64,000 nucleotides of DNA from Luteimonas sp. (GCA_052108555.1 JBQEAV010000009.1:3628-67627), one strand, 5' to 3'; shown: positions 30,512 through 41,647, counted from the first letter of the stretch. Translations and numbers: made by a program. Notes: a model not told the origin generated them from the letters alone.

Positions 30512-31285
30512 ATGAACACCCAGCCCACGACCGCACTCAGCGACACCGAACTCGACCGGCTGGATGTGCTGCTCGACCGCTGCACCGACCCCGAAACCGG
30601 CCTCGGCAATCTGGAAATGCTCGACGGTTTTCTGTCCGCGCTCGCGGTCGGTCCTGTCGATGTCGAACTGCCGACGGTGTTCCCGGCGGTCTGGGGCACG
30701 GGCGCGGTGGCGCGCCGCGACGAGCGCCAGACCCGCGAAGCCGAGGCGCTGATCACGCGACTGGCCGCCGAAGTCGAACAGCGCATCCGCCACGATCCTT
30801 CGGAAGCGAACGATCGCGAATCGCTGATGCCGTTGCTCGGCCTGCCGCCCGAATCCGAAGGCGACGACGAGAAGGCCGACGGCGCCGATGCGCTCGACGG
30901 CATTCCCGAAGATTTCCCGTTCGCCGCCGCCTGGGCCGCGGGCTTCCTGCGCGGTGCCGCGCAGTTCGAAGAGGACTGGGCGAAGTGGATGGACGACCAC
31001 GAGGCGATCGACAACGATCTGGGCGTGATCACGCGTCTGGCGATCGTCGATCCCGCGCAACTCGCCGATGCGGAGATGACGGCCGAGGACATGCTCACCC
31101 TCGACGAGCGTTTCGACCTGACCTATGACCTGCCCGACATGCTCTACGACATGTACCTGCAGCGTCTGCACGACCGCCGCCCGGCGCCGGCGAAGCGCGC
31201 CGATGTGCCCGGCCGCAACGACCCCTGCGGCTGCGGCAGTGGCAAGAAGTACAAGAAGTGCTGCGCGGACCAGGCGTCCGACTGA
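30512..31285 (+). CDS. YecA/UPF0149 protein with SEC-C motif
   Basis: LEMLDGFLSAL, WAAGF, GRNDPCGCGSGKKYKKCC. Confidence 0.9.
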   Translation: MNTQPTTALSDTELDRLDVLLDRCTDPETGLGNLEMLDGFLSALAVGPVDVELPTVFPAVWGTGAVARRDERQTREAEALITRLAAEVEQRIRHDPSEANDRESLMPLLGLPPESEGDDEKADGADALDGIPEDFPFAAAWAAGFLRGAAQFEEDWAKWMDDHEAIDNDLGVITRLAIVDPAQLADAEMTAEDMLTLDERFDLTYDLPDMLYDMYLQRLHDRRPAPAKRADVPGRNDPCGCGSGKKYKKCCADQASD

Positions 31286-31381
31286 GTCGCAGCCCGGCGC
31301 GGACGGCACGCGCCCGCGTTGCCTGATGCCGCATCGATCGCGCGCCGCCCGCCGGTGCGCCGCGTTCCAAGGAGACCCGTC

Positions 31382-32134
31382 ATGACCCGCACCATTCTCA
31401 TCACCGGCGGCACCTCCGGTTTCGGCGCGGCTGCTGTCGCACGTTTTCTCGCCGGCGGCTGGCGCGTGGTCGCGACCGGTCGTCGCGCCGAGCGGTTGCA
31501 GGCACTGGTCGATGCGCACGGCAGCGAGCGCCTGCACACCGCCGCGTTCGACATCCGCGACGAAGCCGCGATGCACGCCGCGCTCGACGCGTTGCCGGCG
31601 GACTTCCGCGACATCGACGCGCTGGTCAACAACGCCGGCCTCGCGCTCGGCACCGCACCGGCGCAGCGCGCGGATCTCGCCCAGTGGCGGCAGATGATCG
31701 ACACCAACGTCACCGCGCTGGTCACGCTGACGCATGCCTTGCTGCCGACGCTGATCGAACGCCGCGGCGCGATCCTCAACATCAGTTCGATCGCCGGCAG
31801 CTATCCCTACCCCGGCGGCAACACCTACGGCGGCACCAAGGCCTTCGTCACCCAGTTCTCGCTGGGCCTGCGCAGTGATCTGCACGGCACCGGCGTGCGC
31901 GTGACCTCGATCGAACCGGGCCTGGCCGAAACCGAGTTCACCCTCGTGCGCACCAGCGGCGACCAGAGCGCGTCCGACACGCTCTACGCGGGCAGCCAGC
32001 CGATCGTCGCCGACGACATCGCCGACACCTTGTGGTGGGTGGCGAACCTGCCGCCGCACCTCAACATCAACCGCCTCGAAGTGATGCCGGTGAGCCAGTC
32101 GTTCGCGGGCTTCCAGATCCATCGCGAGGCCTGA
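31382..32134 (+). CDS. SDR, YdfG-like 3-hydroxyacid dehydrogenase
   Basis: TGGTSGFG, NNAGLALG, YGGTK, LPPHLNINRLEVMP. Confidence 0.9.
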   Translation: MTRTILITGGTSGFGAAAVARFLAGGWRVVATGRRAERLQALVDAHGSERLHTAAFDIRDEAAMHAALDALPADFRDIDALVNNAGLALGTAPAQRADLAQWRQMIDTNVTALVTLTHALLPTLIERRGAILNISSIAGSYPYPGGNTYGGTKAFVTQFSLGLRSDLHGTGVRVTSIEPGLAETEFTLVRTSGDQSASDTLYAGSQPIVADDIADTLWWVANLPPHLNINRLEVMPVSQSFAGFQIHREA

Positions 32135-32213
32135 GGCAGCGCGGGCGGCGTACGCGTGCTCTCGCTACACTCGTGATGCGCATGTACGCGCGTCCCGCCG
32201 ACAAGGAGTCGTC

Positions 32214-32666
32214 ATGTTCCGGAGCCTTTGCACCACTGCCCTGCTCGTCCTCCTGCTGGTCGTCTCCACGACCGGGTCGGCCAATCCCGAGGTGGACCGC
32301 ATGTTCGCCGAGCAGGACACCAATCGGGATGGCGTGATCGACCAGGCCGAAGCCCGCGCGGAAGCGGCGCGGGTATTCCGGACACTCGATACGAACCGGG
32401 ACGAGGTGCTGGTCATCGCCGAGCTCGACCCGCAGATCGCCAAAGGCAGCCCGGGTGGCGTCGGATTTCCGCCCGACATCCACGTCATGCTGCGACAGGC
32501 GACGATGCAGCTCTGGGATTCCAACGGCGATGGCCGGGTCACGCGCGCCGAAATTCAACAGGCCTTCGTGCGCGGCCTGCTGATGGCGGACCACGACGGC
32601 GACGGCAAGGTCACGCGTACGGAACTGGTCCGCATGCACCAGGGCGTCATCGCGCCGACGCGTTGA
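32214..32666 (+). CDS. Secreted EF-hand protein
   Basis: DTNRDGVIDQAE, DSNGDGRVTRAE, DHDGDGKVTRTE; signal peptide. Confidence 0.85.
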   Translation: MFRSLCTTALLVLLLVVSTTGSANPEVDRMFAEQDTNRDGVIDQAEARAEAARVFRTLDTNRDEVLVIAELDPQIAKGSPGGVGFPPDIHVMLRQATMQLWDSNGDGRVTRAEIQQAFVRGLLMADHDGDGKVTRTELVRMHQGVIAPTR

Positions 32667-32706
32667 AGCTGATGCGGACGGCACGCGTCCGCATCGGCAT
32701 GAGGGT

Positions 32707-33663
32707 CTACTGCAGCGGCGCCCAGATGAAGCCGCCATCGCGGCGCACGATCTGACCCAATCCCGGATACGGGAAATGCGGCGAGGCCACGGTGACGCCG
32801 CTGTCGGCCGCGCGGGTCAGCAAGGCTTCGCGGCTGGCTTCGGCGGCCGGGGCGTCGCCGTCGAACGCGATCGCCCACTGCGGGCGCTGCACCGACACCG
32901 CGAAGTGATGCGCGCCGTCGCCGAGGTAGAGAAGGCGCGCGTCACCGTCGGCGATCTCGTAGGCGCTGTGACCTGCCGTATGGCCTTCGACCGCGACCGC
33001 GGTGACGCCCGGCACCACTTCCGCGCCGGGTGCGAACGCGTCGACACGCGGTGCGATGGCTGCCGCCAGCGCGGCATTCGAAGCTTCGGCCTGCAACGCC
33101 TGCCATTCCGGCGCCGACAGGTGCACGGTCGCATTCGCGAACACGGCCTGGCCGGCGTCGTCGACGAGCCCGCCAACGTGGTCGGGATGCGCGTGGCTGA
33201 TGAAGATGTCGGTGACCTGTGCCGGCTCGACGCCCGCCGCGCGCAACGACGCGGGCAGACGGCCGGCATCGGCGAAGTCGGCATCGCCGGCGCCGGTGTC
33301 GAACAGCAGCACGCGATCGCCGCTGCGCACCAGCAGCGCCTGCACGCTCAGATGCACGATGTCGGTGGGTTCGCCGGCCTTCGTCAGCAGCGCATCGACT
33401 TCGGCCCTGGGCGCGCCGATGCCGATTGTCTTGCCGTCATTTGGAAAGCGGATATCGCCGTCACGCAGAACCGTCGCGTCGAGGCTGCCGATGCTGAAAC
33501 GATGCACGTCGGCGCTGTCGGCGATGGGCGCGGTGTCGGCCGTGGTCATCGGCGGCGGCGGTGCATCGACGGTGGCCGGCGGCGGCGCTGGCTCGGCGCA
33601 GGCGGCGAGCACGGCGGCGAGCGCGAGGGTCAGAACGGCACGGGCGAGCGTGAAATGACGCAT
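32707..33663 (-). CDS. MBL-fold metallohydrolase lipoprotein (MPH/lactonase-like)
   Basis: LAAC lipobox; HAHPDH; GHTAGH; HFPYPGLG. Confidence 0.9.
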   Translation of the reverse strand: MRHFTLARAVLTLALAAVLAACAEPAPPPATVDAPPPPMTTADTAPIADSADVHRFSIGSLDATVLRDGDIRFPNDGKTIGIGAPRAEVDALLTKAGEPTDIVHLSVQALLVRSGDRVLLFDTGAGDADFADAGRLPASLRAAGVEPAQVTDIFISHAHPDHVGGLVDDAGQAVFANATVHLSAPEWQALQAEASNAALAAAIAPRVDAFAPGAEVVPGVTAVAVEGHTAGHSAYEIADGDARLLYLGDGAHHFAVSVQRPQWAIAFDGDAPAAEASREALLTRAADSGVTVASPHFPYPGLGQIVRRDGGFIWAPLQ

Positions 33664-33883
33664 GACGGATCTCCTGTCGACGTGGAACGCGGCATGCCGC
33701 GATAGCGCCGCAGCATAGACCCGACATCGCGTCCGATTGCCGACACCGACGGGCTGCTGCATGTCACCGGTACGCGATGGGATGACGCGGCGTGCGGGAA
33801 ATTCCGATGCGACGACGCGGCGCGGCGCGCGCCGCCGCATTGCTAACGTGTCCGCCACACATCCATGGCAGGACGCCAGACCC

Positions 33884-34339
33884 ATGAAACGAATCCATGT
33901 CGCGGCGCTCGCGCCGCTGTTGCTCGCTCCGCTCGTCACGCTTGCACAGACGAGTTTCGACGTAGCGGGCCTGTTCGAGCGCGTCGACACCGATGGCGAT
34001 GGACGCATCACGCCGGCCGAGATCCGACCCGATTCCGGCACCGACTTCAGAAAATACGACCTGGATGGAGACGGCCTGCTCAGCCGGGATGAAGTCCGCA
34101 AACAGCAATTGCTGCACCTTCGCCTCAACGGCGGCGGCCGCGGCGCGCTCACGCCGGCGCAGTTCGAATACACGGTCGATCTGGCGTTCACCTACTTCGA
34201 CTTCGACCGTGATGGCCGGATCACGCAAGAGGACTACATCCAGCGTGGCATCAGCCAGCTTCTGCTGGCCGACTACAACCGCGACGGCGTCGTCACCGCA
34301 GACGAATTGCGCCGGCTCCACGGCCAGCTGTCTCCGTAA
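33884..34339 (+). CDS. Secreted EF-hand protein
   Basis: Four DxDxDG loops; signal peptide. Confidence 0.85.
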   Translation: MKRIHVAALAPLLLAPLVTLAQTSFDVAGLFERVDTDGDGRITPAEIRPDSGTDFRKYDLDGDGLLSRDEVRKQQLLHLRLNGGGRGALTPAQFEYTVDLAFTYFDFDRDGRITQEDYIQRGISQLLLADYNRDGVVTADELRRLHGQLSP

Positions 34340-34340
34340 C

Positions 34341-36230
34341 TCACTCCAGCGGCGTGTCGTCCAGATACGTGTAGCCGGTGAGTCCGGCTTCCAGCGCGTC
34401 CTTGAGCCGCTGCGATTCGTCGGCGGCCAGCGCCGCGTCGTCGACCAGCGCGGTGTAGCGCGCGCGCAGGTCTTCGAGGCGATAGCCCACGTAGTCGAGC
34501 ATCACGTCGGTGGTGTCGCCGCGACGCTGCTGCACGACCGTGATGCCATCGCCTTCGATCTTCACTTCCACCGCGTCGGTGTCGCCGAACAGGTTGTGGA
34601 TGTCGCCGAGGATTTCCTGGTAGGCGCCGACCATGAAGAAGCCGAGCCGGTACTGCTCGCCCTTGCGCAGCGGATGCAGCGGCAGCGAGGTGTCGAGGTC
34701 CTCGTTCTCGACGTAGATGTCGATCTTGCCGTCGGAATCGCAGGTCAGATCGGCAATCACACCGCGACGCTCGGGCATTTCATCCAGGCGTTCGATCGGC
34801 ACGATCGGGAACACCTGGTCGATCGCCCACACGTCGGGCATCGATTCGAACACGCTGAAGTTGACGAAGTACTTGTCGACCAGACGCTCGTTGAGTTCGT
34901 CGAGCAGCGGCCGGTGGCTCTTCTCGTCATAGCTCAGTCGCGCGCGCACCGCATGCGCGATCGCATAGAACAGGTCGTCGATGCGCGCGCGATGGGTCAG
35001 GTCCAGCTGGCCGAGCGCGTACAGGGCCAGGCCTTCGGCGTGATGGTGCTGCGCCTCGTGGAACAGCTCGACCGCCGGCCGCGAGGTCAGCTCGGCATGC
35101 AACTCGCGCAGGTTCGCGACCACGGCCGGCTCGTCGTCGTGCAGGTCGGGCACGCGGCCTTCGGGCGCGCGCTCGACTTCCGACACATTGGCGACCAGCA
35201 CCGCATGATGCGCGGTCATCGCGCGGCCGCATTCGGTGACGATGCGCGGCGGCGTGAGACCGTGCTCGGCGCAGGCCTGGGCCAGCGGCTGCACGATGGA
35301 ACCGGCGTACTGGCGGATGCCGTAATTGACCGAGTTGTAGCTGCGCGAGCGCGTGCCTTCGTAATCGACGCCCAGACCGCCGCCGACGTCGACGTGGCTG
35401 ATCGTCGCGCCGAGTTTGGTCAGTTCGACGAAATAGCGCACCGCCTCGCGCATGCCGTTGGCGATGTCGCGGACGTTGGAGATCTGCGAGCCCATGTGGA
35501 AATGCAGCAGCTGGAGGCAGTCGGCCATGCCGGCATCGCGCAGCTTCTTCCACAAATCCAGCAACTGGCGCGGGTTGAGACCGAACTTGGCCTTGTCGCC
35601 GCCGCTGTTCTGCCACTTGCCGGCGCCGAGCGAAGCCAGACGCATGCGCACGCCCAGACCCGGCTTGACGCCGAGCGCGGCGGCTTCCTCCATCACCAGC
35701 GCGAGCTCGGACGGCTTCTCCACCACGATGAAGGTCTGCAGGCCGAGCTTGCGGCCGATCAGCGCGAGACGGATGTATTCGCGGTCCTTGTAGCCGTTGC
35801 AGACCACCAGGCCGCCCGGGCGCGACAGCGCCAGCACCGCCATCAGTTCCGGCTTGCTGCCCGCTTCCAGACCGAAGCCGTCGCCGTGGTGCGTGGCCAG
35901 CGTGCCGGCGACGCCCTGGTGCTGGTTGACCTTGATCGGATAGACGGCCGTGTAGCCGCCCGGATATTCCCATTCGGCCTGGGCCTGCGCGAAGGCGTCC
36001 TGCAATCGCGCGAGGCGGTCGCCGAGGATGTCGGGAAAGCGCACCAGCATCGGCAGCTGCGCGCCGTTCGCGCGCGCGGCGTCAACCGCCTCGGGCAGCG
36101 CGATCGACGGGCCGTGCTTGCCGCGCGGCGACACCACGATGCGGCCGGCGTCATCGACGTCGAAATACCCCTCGCTCCAGTGCGGGATCGAGTAGGTCTT
36201 GCGGGCGAGGTCGGTGGACCAGGCGGTCAT
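34341..36230 (-). CDS. speA: Biosynthetic arginine decarboxylase
   Basis: YPIKVNQ, GLEAGSKPEL, HFHMGSQ, TCDSDG, GAYQEILG. Confidence 0.96.
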   Translation of the reverse strand: MTAWSTDLARKTYSIPHWSEGYFDVDDAGRIVVSPRGKHGPSIALPEAVDAARANGAQLPMLVRFPDILGDRLARLQDAFAQAQAEWEYPGGYTAVYPIKVNQHQGVAGTLATHHGDGFGLEAGSKPELMAVLALSRPGGLVVCNGYKDREYIRLALIGRKLGLQTFIVVEKPSELALVMEEAAALGVKPGLGVRMRLASLGAGKWQNSGGDKAKFGLNPRQLLDLWKKLRDAGMADCLQLLHFHMGSQISNVRDIANGMREAVRYFVELTKLGATISHVDVGGGLGVDYEGTRSRSYNSVNYGIRQYAGSIVQPLAQACAEHGLTPPRIVTECGRAMTAHHAVLVANVSEVERAPEGRVPDLHDDEPAVVANLRELHAELTSRPAVELFHEAQHHHAEGLALYALGQLDLTHRARIDDLFYAIAHAVRARLSYDEKSHRPLLDELNERLVDKYFVNFSVFESMPDVWAIDQVFPIVPIERLDEMPERRGVIADLTCDSDGKIDIYVENEDLDTSLPLHPLRKGEQYRLGFFMVGAYQEILGDIHNLFGDTDAVEVKIEGDGITVVQQRRGDTTDVMLDYVGYRLEDLRARYTALVDDAALAADESQRLKDALEAGLTGYTYLDDTPLE

Positions 36231-36313
36231 CGGCGGCATTCCGGTCGAGCGTGAAGGCCGCATAGTCTAGGGTCTGGCAGCCGAACCTGTGGTGACACCG
36301 GCCGCAGTGGCGC

Positions 36314-38191
36314 TCAGAGCGCCTGTCCCTTTCCGCGTCGGTAGACCGGCGCGCCGCACAGGCGCCGCACCTGTTTGGCCAGCGCCGCGGCGTCGCTGCC
36401 GGTGAACACGGTGTGGCTGCCCGGCAGCTGCAGGCCTTCCGACACCGCGCGCAGGCCGGCGGCTTCGCTGGCGATGGAGCCGCGCCAGTCCAGCAACAGC
36501 ACGTAATGCGCGGACTGTTCGAGCATCGCAACCTGCTTGCGCACCAGCCACGCGCCGACAATGCGTTCATGGCTGGCGAGCGTGGCGGTCAGGCGCCCCA
36601 GCGCGGCGGTGTCGAGATCATGCGGCTGCAGGGCGTCGCCATCGAAGACGGCATCGCGGTCACGCAGGTCGTCGGCGCGCGGCGCGAGTTCGTCGCGCAG
36701 CGCAGTGATCTGGCTGGCCGTGTGCGCATCCACGTCGGGATCGCGCAGCAGCGCCGACAGCGCGTCGCCAACCGGCCCGACCGCGCCTGCATCGCGCGCG
36801 ACCGCGTGACGCAGATGGGTGATGCCCTCGAGATCGCCTGCCTGCAGCTGCCGCAGGCCGAGCCGGAACGCCGCCATCGCGCTGTCCGGATGCGCGGCAT
36901 GCGCGCGGGCCAGCGCCGGCAGCGGATCGCGGTCGATCTCGACCGTCTCGAACAGGCGCGCGTGCTCGACGGCGTCGTCGGCCGAGCGCCGCGGCAGGGC
37001 GTCGAGCTCACGGAAGCGTGCGCGATCGTCCGCGCCAGCCGCGTGCAGCGCCTGCCATTCCGTCTTCAGTTGCGTGCGCCAGTGCTGGTCCAGTTCGCGT
37101 TCGATGGCGTCCAGCGCATCGCCGAGCCACACCGATGCAGGTTCGCCGGGCGTACGCAAGACGGCAGACACGCCCAAAGCGTCGAGACGCCGCGCCAGCA
37201 TCGGATGGGTGTCGTAGGGATCCACATCGCGGTCGGCAATCGCGAGCAGACGTGCCGGATCCGGCTGTGGCGCAGCGCGCAGGCCGTCGATCAATGGCGC
37301 CAGTAGCTGCGCCGGCGGATGCGACTGCACGCGGGCGCGGGCCAGCTCGCGCGGCCACAACGTCGACTGCATCCGCCCGCTGCCGTGTTCGATGCGCAGC
37401 AGCGCACTGACCATCGCGTCCCTGTCGACGACTCGCGCGGCAGTCGCGTCGGCGCGGAACTCGTGCGCACGTGCGAGCACGAAGCTCCACGCGTCGAACA
37501 GAGGCGCGTACCACGCATAGAAACGCGCGATCGGCAGCGACAGCAGGAACCCGCTGCGCGCCAGGCCGTCAACCGCGCGATACCAGGTGAAGCGCACACG
37601 ATAGAGCCAGCCGGCGAGGCGGCCGTGCTGTTCGCCGAAATGCCCGAATTCGTGTGCGATCACCGCGGCGGCCTCGTCGCGATCGAGCAGCTTCAGCAAG
37701 GGCAGACCCAGCACGAGGTAATGCCGGTGTCCGGCGAGGCCGAGCAGGCGCGGCAGGCTGGCCGCGGCGGCATTGAGCTGGGTATCGATGACGATGCCCG
37801 CCAGTGGCGGCGCCCCGGTCGCCTTGCGCAAGCGCTCGACCTCGGCCTGCAGCGCCGGCGCCTCATCCGCTGTCAGCAATCGCCCGTCCGGCACCTCGAA
37901 GCGCACCCACAGCGCGCGCACCAGCGCGGCGATGCCGGCGCCGGCGATCAGCAGCACGATCGCCAGTTGTGGCTCGAAACGGACGCCCTGCACGAGCACG
38001 CGCCATGCGATCGCCAGCGGCGCGGCCAAAAGCAGCAGCAACAGGCCGATCAGAAAACCGTAACCGGCCAGCGCCAGCAGCAGCACGCGGACGAGATACG
38101 TGCGCGGCGCAGCGGCGGCGAGGGTTTCGAGGCGCTGGACCCGTGCGCGGTGGCGGGCGGTGGCGGCCTGCGCCGCGCGGCGATCTTCCAT
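36314..38191 (-). CDS. M48-family membrane metallopeptidase with helical C-terminal extension
   Basis: NAAA, AHEFGH, EFRAD, DTHP; two N-terminal TMs. Confidence 0.85.
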   Translation of the reverse strand: MEDRRAAQAATARHRARVQRLETLAAAAPRTYLVRVLLLALAGYGFLIGLLLLLLAAPLAIAWRVLVQGVRFEPQLAIVLLIAGAGIAALVRALWVRFEVPDGRLLTADEAPALQAEVERLRKATGAPPLAGIVIDTQLNAAAASLPRLLGLAGHRHYLVLGLPLLKLLDRDEAAAVIAHEFGHFGEQHGRLAGWLYRVRFTWYRAVDGLARSGFLLSLPIARFYAWYAPLFDAWSFVLARAHEFRADATAARVVDRDAMVSALLRIEHGSGRMQSTLWPRELARARVQSHPPAQLLAPLIDGLRAAPQPDPARLLAIADRDVDPYDTHPMLARRLDALGVSAVLRTPGEPASVWLGDALDAIERELDQHWRTQLKTEWQALHAAGADDRARFRELDALPRRSADDAVEHARLFETVEIDRDPLPALARAHAAHPDSAMAAFRLGLRQLQAGDLEGITHLRHAVARDAGAVGPVGDALSALLRDPDVDAHTASQITALRDELAPRADDLRDRDAVFDGDALQPHDLDTAALGRLTATLASHERIVGAWLVRKQVAMLEQSAHYVLLLDWRGSIASEAAGLRAVSEGLQLPGSHTVFTGSDAAALAKQVRRLCGAPVYRRGKGQAL

Positions 38192-38348
38192 GGGCTCGGG
38201 CGGTGTCGGCAGCGGGTGCGTCGCAGTATCGCATCGGCCCCGACACGAAGCCGACACCCGGACTTCGCTACAATTTCGCCCCTTGTGCGCGGCCCCGCTG
38301 CCACCGGCCACCGCCCGATTTCCCCTTATCCGCTTTGCAGGACACCTC

Positions 38349-39200
38349 ATGACCGCGCCCAACTGGCTCTACGAAAACTTCGAAACGGCCGGCTCGGCCA
38401 TCGGCTTCCGCGTCAATGCGAAGCTCGACGAAGTGCAGTCGCCGTTCCAGAAGATCGAGATCTTTGAATCGACCGACTGGGGCAACGTCATGCTCATCGA
38501 CGGCGCGATGATGGTGACCACGCGCGACAATTTCCTCTATCACGAGATGATGTCGCACCCGGCGCTGTTCACCCACGCTGCGCCGAAGACCGTGGTCATC
38601 ATCGGCGGCGGAGACTGCGGCACGCTGCGCGAAGTGCTGCGCCATCCGGGTGTCGAGAAGGCCGTGCAGTGCGACATCGATGAGCAGGTCACGCGCATGG
38701 CAGAGAAGTATTTTCCCGAGCTGTGCGAATCCAATGGCGATGCGCGCGCCGAGATCTTGTTCGACGACGGCATCGCCTACATGGCGAACTGCGCGCCCGG
38801 CAGCGTCGACATCGTCATCGTCGATTCGACCGATCCGGTCGGCCCGGCCGAAGGCCTGTTCAACAAGGCGTTCTTCGAAAGCTGCCACCGCGCGCTGAAG
38901 GAAGACGGCATCCTGGTGCAGCAGTCCGAATCGCCGCTGGTGCTGCTGGATCTCATCAAGGCCATGCGCGCCGAGATGGGCAAGGCCGGCTTCACCACGT
39001 TCCAGACCCTGCCCTTCCCGCAGCCGTGCTACCCGACCGGCTGGTGGAGCTGCACGCTGGCGCGCAAGGGCCAGGGCTTCGACTTCCGCGAGGCCGACGC
39101 ACGCGCCAAGCCGTTCGAGACGCTGTACTACACCGCCGACATCCACAAGGGCGCACAGTCGCTGCCGCCGTTCGTGGCCAAGGCGCTGGGTGAGGGCTGA
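38349..39200 (+). CDS. speE: Spermidine synthase
   Basis: YHEMMSH, IIGGGDCG, VDSTDPVGP. Confidence 0.95.
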   Translation: MTAPNWLYENFETAGSAIGFRVNAKLDEVQSPFQKIEIFESTDWGNVMLIDGAMMVTTRDNFLYHEMMSHPALFTHAAPKTVVIIGGGDCGTLREVLRHPGVEKAVQCDIDEQVTRMAEKYFPELCESNGDARAEILFDDGIAYMANCAPGSVDIVIVDSTDPVGPAEGLFNKAFFESCHRALKEDGILVQQSESPLVLLDLIKAMRAEMGKAGFTTFQTLPFPQPCYPTGWWSCTLARKGQGFDFREADARAKPFETLYYTADIHKGAQSLPPFVAKALGEG

Positions 39201-39232
39201 GCAGCCTTTCCAGCCGCAAACCGGCAGAGACG

Positions 39233-39259
39233 ACGAGGCCCCGCAGTGCGGGGCCTCGT
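39233..39259. terminator. Hairpin between convergent speE and P-II genes
   Basis: ACGAGGCCCCGC-AGT-GCGGGGCCTCGT. Confidence 0.65.
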
Positions 39260-39280
39260 GCGTTGCGGCGCGGTGCGATC

Positions 39281-39757
<477 letters not shown>

Positions 39758-39836
39758 CTACTGCCCTCCGGGGCCGCTGCCGACGGCATACCTGTACCCG
39801 CCGGGCGAGTCTGGCCATGCAATCAAGGACACTGTG

Positions 39837-40127
39837 ATGATCGATCTGAATTCCGTCGACGAACTCGCCCGCCGCCTCAGCGGCCTGGTACCGCCGGGCC
39901 TGCGTGAGAGCCGCGAAGACATCCAGGAAAACTTCAAGGCGGTGCTGCAGTCGGGCCTGGCCAAGCTGGACCTGGTGACCCGCGAGGAATTCGAGGTGCA
40001 GCGCGCGGTGCTGCTGCGCACGCGCGAAAAGCTGGAAGCGCTGGAAGCGCAGGTGCGTCAGCTCGAAGCCCCGTCAGCACCGGCCAGCGTCGAGTCGACC
40101 GCCAACGCGAGCGACATCGCCCACTAG
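39837..40127 (+). CDS. ubiK: Ubiquinone biosynthesis accessory factor UbiK
   Basis: LDLVTREEFEVQRAVLLRTREKL. Confidence 0.9.
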   Translation: MIDLNSVDELARRLSGLVPPGLRESREDIQENFKAVLQSGLAKLDLVTREEFEVQRAVLLRTREKLEALEAQVRQLEAPSAPASVESTANASDIAH

Positions 40128-40138
40128 AGGAACACGCC

Positions 40139-41647
40139 ATGGGACTTGCGCTCGTGCACGGACGTGCGCGCGCAGGCATCCGCGCCCCCGAGGTCAAGGT
40201 CGAAGTGCACCTCGGCGGCGGCCTGCCGTCGATGTCGATCGTCGGGTTGCCGGAAGCCGCAGTACGCGAAGCCAAGGACCGGGTACGCGCCGCGATCCAG
40301 TGCGCGCAGTACGAATTTCCCGCGCGCCGCATCACCGTCAATCTCGCGCCCGCCGATCTGCCGAAAGGCGGCGGCCGTTTCGATCTGCCGATCGCGCTCG
40401 GCATCCTCGCCGCCAGCGGACAGATTTCCGCCGAGGCGCTGCGCGACTGGGAGTTCGTCGGCGAACTCGGCCTGACCGGCGAACTGCGCGCGATCGATGG
40501 TGCACTGCCTGCCGCGCTTGCAGTCGCAGGCACCGGGCGTTCGCTGCTGGTGCCGGCGGCGAACGGCGCCGAAGCCGCACTCGCGTCCGATGTCGCCGTG
40601 CATACTGCGCGCACGCTGCTCGAAGTCTGCGCGATGCTCGGTGGCCGGAAATCCCTACCGCAGGCGACGCCGCCACCGCAGCGTGAAGTGCAGACACCCG
40701 ACCTGCGCGACGTACGCGGACAGGTGCATGCGCGGCGCGCGTTGGAGATTGCAGCGGCGGGCGCGCACCATCTGCTGCTGATCGGCTCCCCCGGCTGCGG
40801 CAAGACCCTGCTCGCTTCAAGATTGCCTGGCCTGCTGCCAGCGGCCAGCGAATCCGAGGCACTCGAAGCCGCGGCGGTGCTGTCGATCAGTGGTCGCGGC
40901 TTCGATCCGAGCGCATGGCGCGTACGTCCTTTCAGGAATCCGCACCACACGGCCAGCGCCGTCGCGTTGATCGGCGGTGGCGGCGAGCCGCGTCCCGGCG
41001 AGGTGTCCCTGGCCCACCAGGGCGTGCTGTTTCTGGACGAATTGCCCGAGTGGAGCCGGCAAGCGCTCGAGGTCCTGCGCGAGCCGCTCGAATCGGGTGT
41101 CGTGACCATTTCGCGCGCGGCGCGACAGAGCGAGTTTCCCGCCCGCTTCCAGCTGGTTGCGGCGATGAACCCGTGCCCCTGCGGATGGGCCGGGGACGTG
41201 TCCGGGCGATGCCGGTGTTCGACGGACGCAATCAACCGGTACCGGGCACGAATCTCCGGGCCGCTGCTGGACCGCATCGACCTGCATGTCGACGTGCCGC
41301 GCCTGCCGCCATCCGCACTGCGCCCCGATGCCGTGGGCGGCGAACCCAGCAGCCGGGTCGCCATGCGCGTGCGCGCGGCGCGCGACCGTCAGTTCGCACG
41401 CGCCGGCATGCTCAACGCGCGGCTCGACCAGGGCGGCACCGACCGCGATTGCCGACTCTCGACGCAGGATCAGGTCCTGCTCGAACGGGCGATCGAAGCC
41501 CTGCACCTCTCCGCCCGCGCCATGCACCGCATCCTGCGGGTCTCGCGCACGATTGCCGACCTCGATGGCAGTGAGGCCATCGCCACGGCGCATCTCACCG
41601 AAGCACTCGGCTACCGGGGCGCCACCCCACGGCCGGTGAGCGACTGA
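40139..41647 (+). CDS. comM: YifB/ComM Mg-chelatase-like AAA ATPase
   Basis: ITVNLAPADLPK, GSPGCGKT, PHHTAS, LFLDE, AAMNPCPCG. Confidence 0.93.
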   Translation: MGLALVHGRARAGIRAPEVKVEVHLGGGLPSMSIVGLPEAAVREAKDRVRAAIQCAQYEFPARRITVNLAPADLPKGGGRFDLPIALGILAASGQISAEALRDWEFVGELGLTGELRAIDGALPAALAVAGTGRSLLVPAANGAEAALASDVAVHTARTLLEVCAMLGGRKSLPQATPPPQREVQTPDLRDVRGQVHARRALEIAAAGAHHLLLIGSPGCGKTLLASRLPGLLPAASESEALEAAAVLSISGRGFDPSAWRVRPFRNPHHTASAVALIGGGGEPRPGEVSLAHQGVLFLDELPEWSRQALEVLREPLESGVVTISRAARQSEFPARFQLVAAMNPCPCGWAGDVSGRCRCSTDAINRYRARISGPLLDRIDLHVDVPRLPPSALRPDAVGGEPSSRVAMRVRAARDRQFARAGMLNARLDQGGTDRDCRLSTQDQVLLERAIEALHLSARAMHRILRVSRTIADLDGSEAIATAHLTEALGYRGATPRPVSD

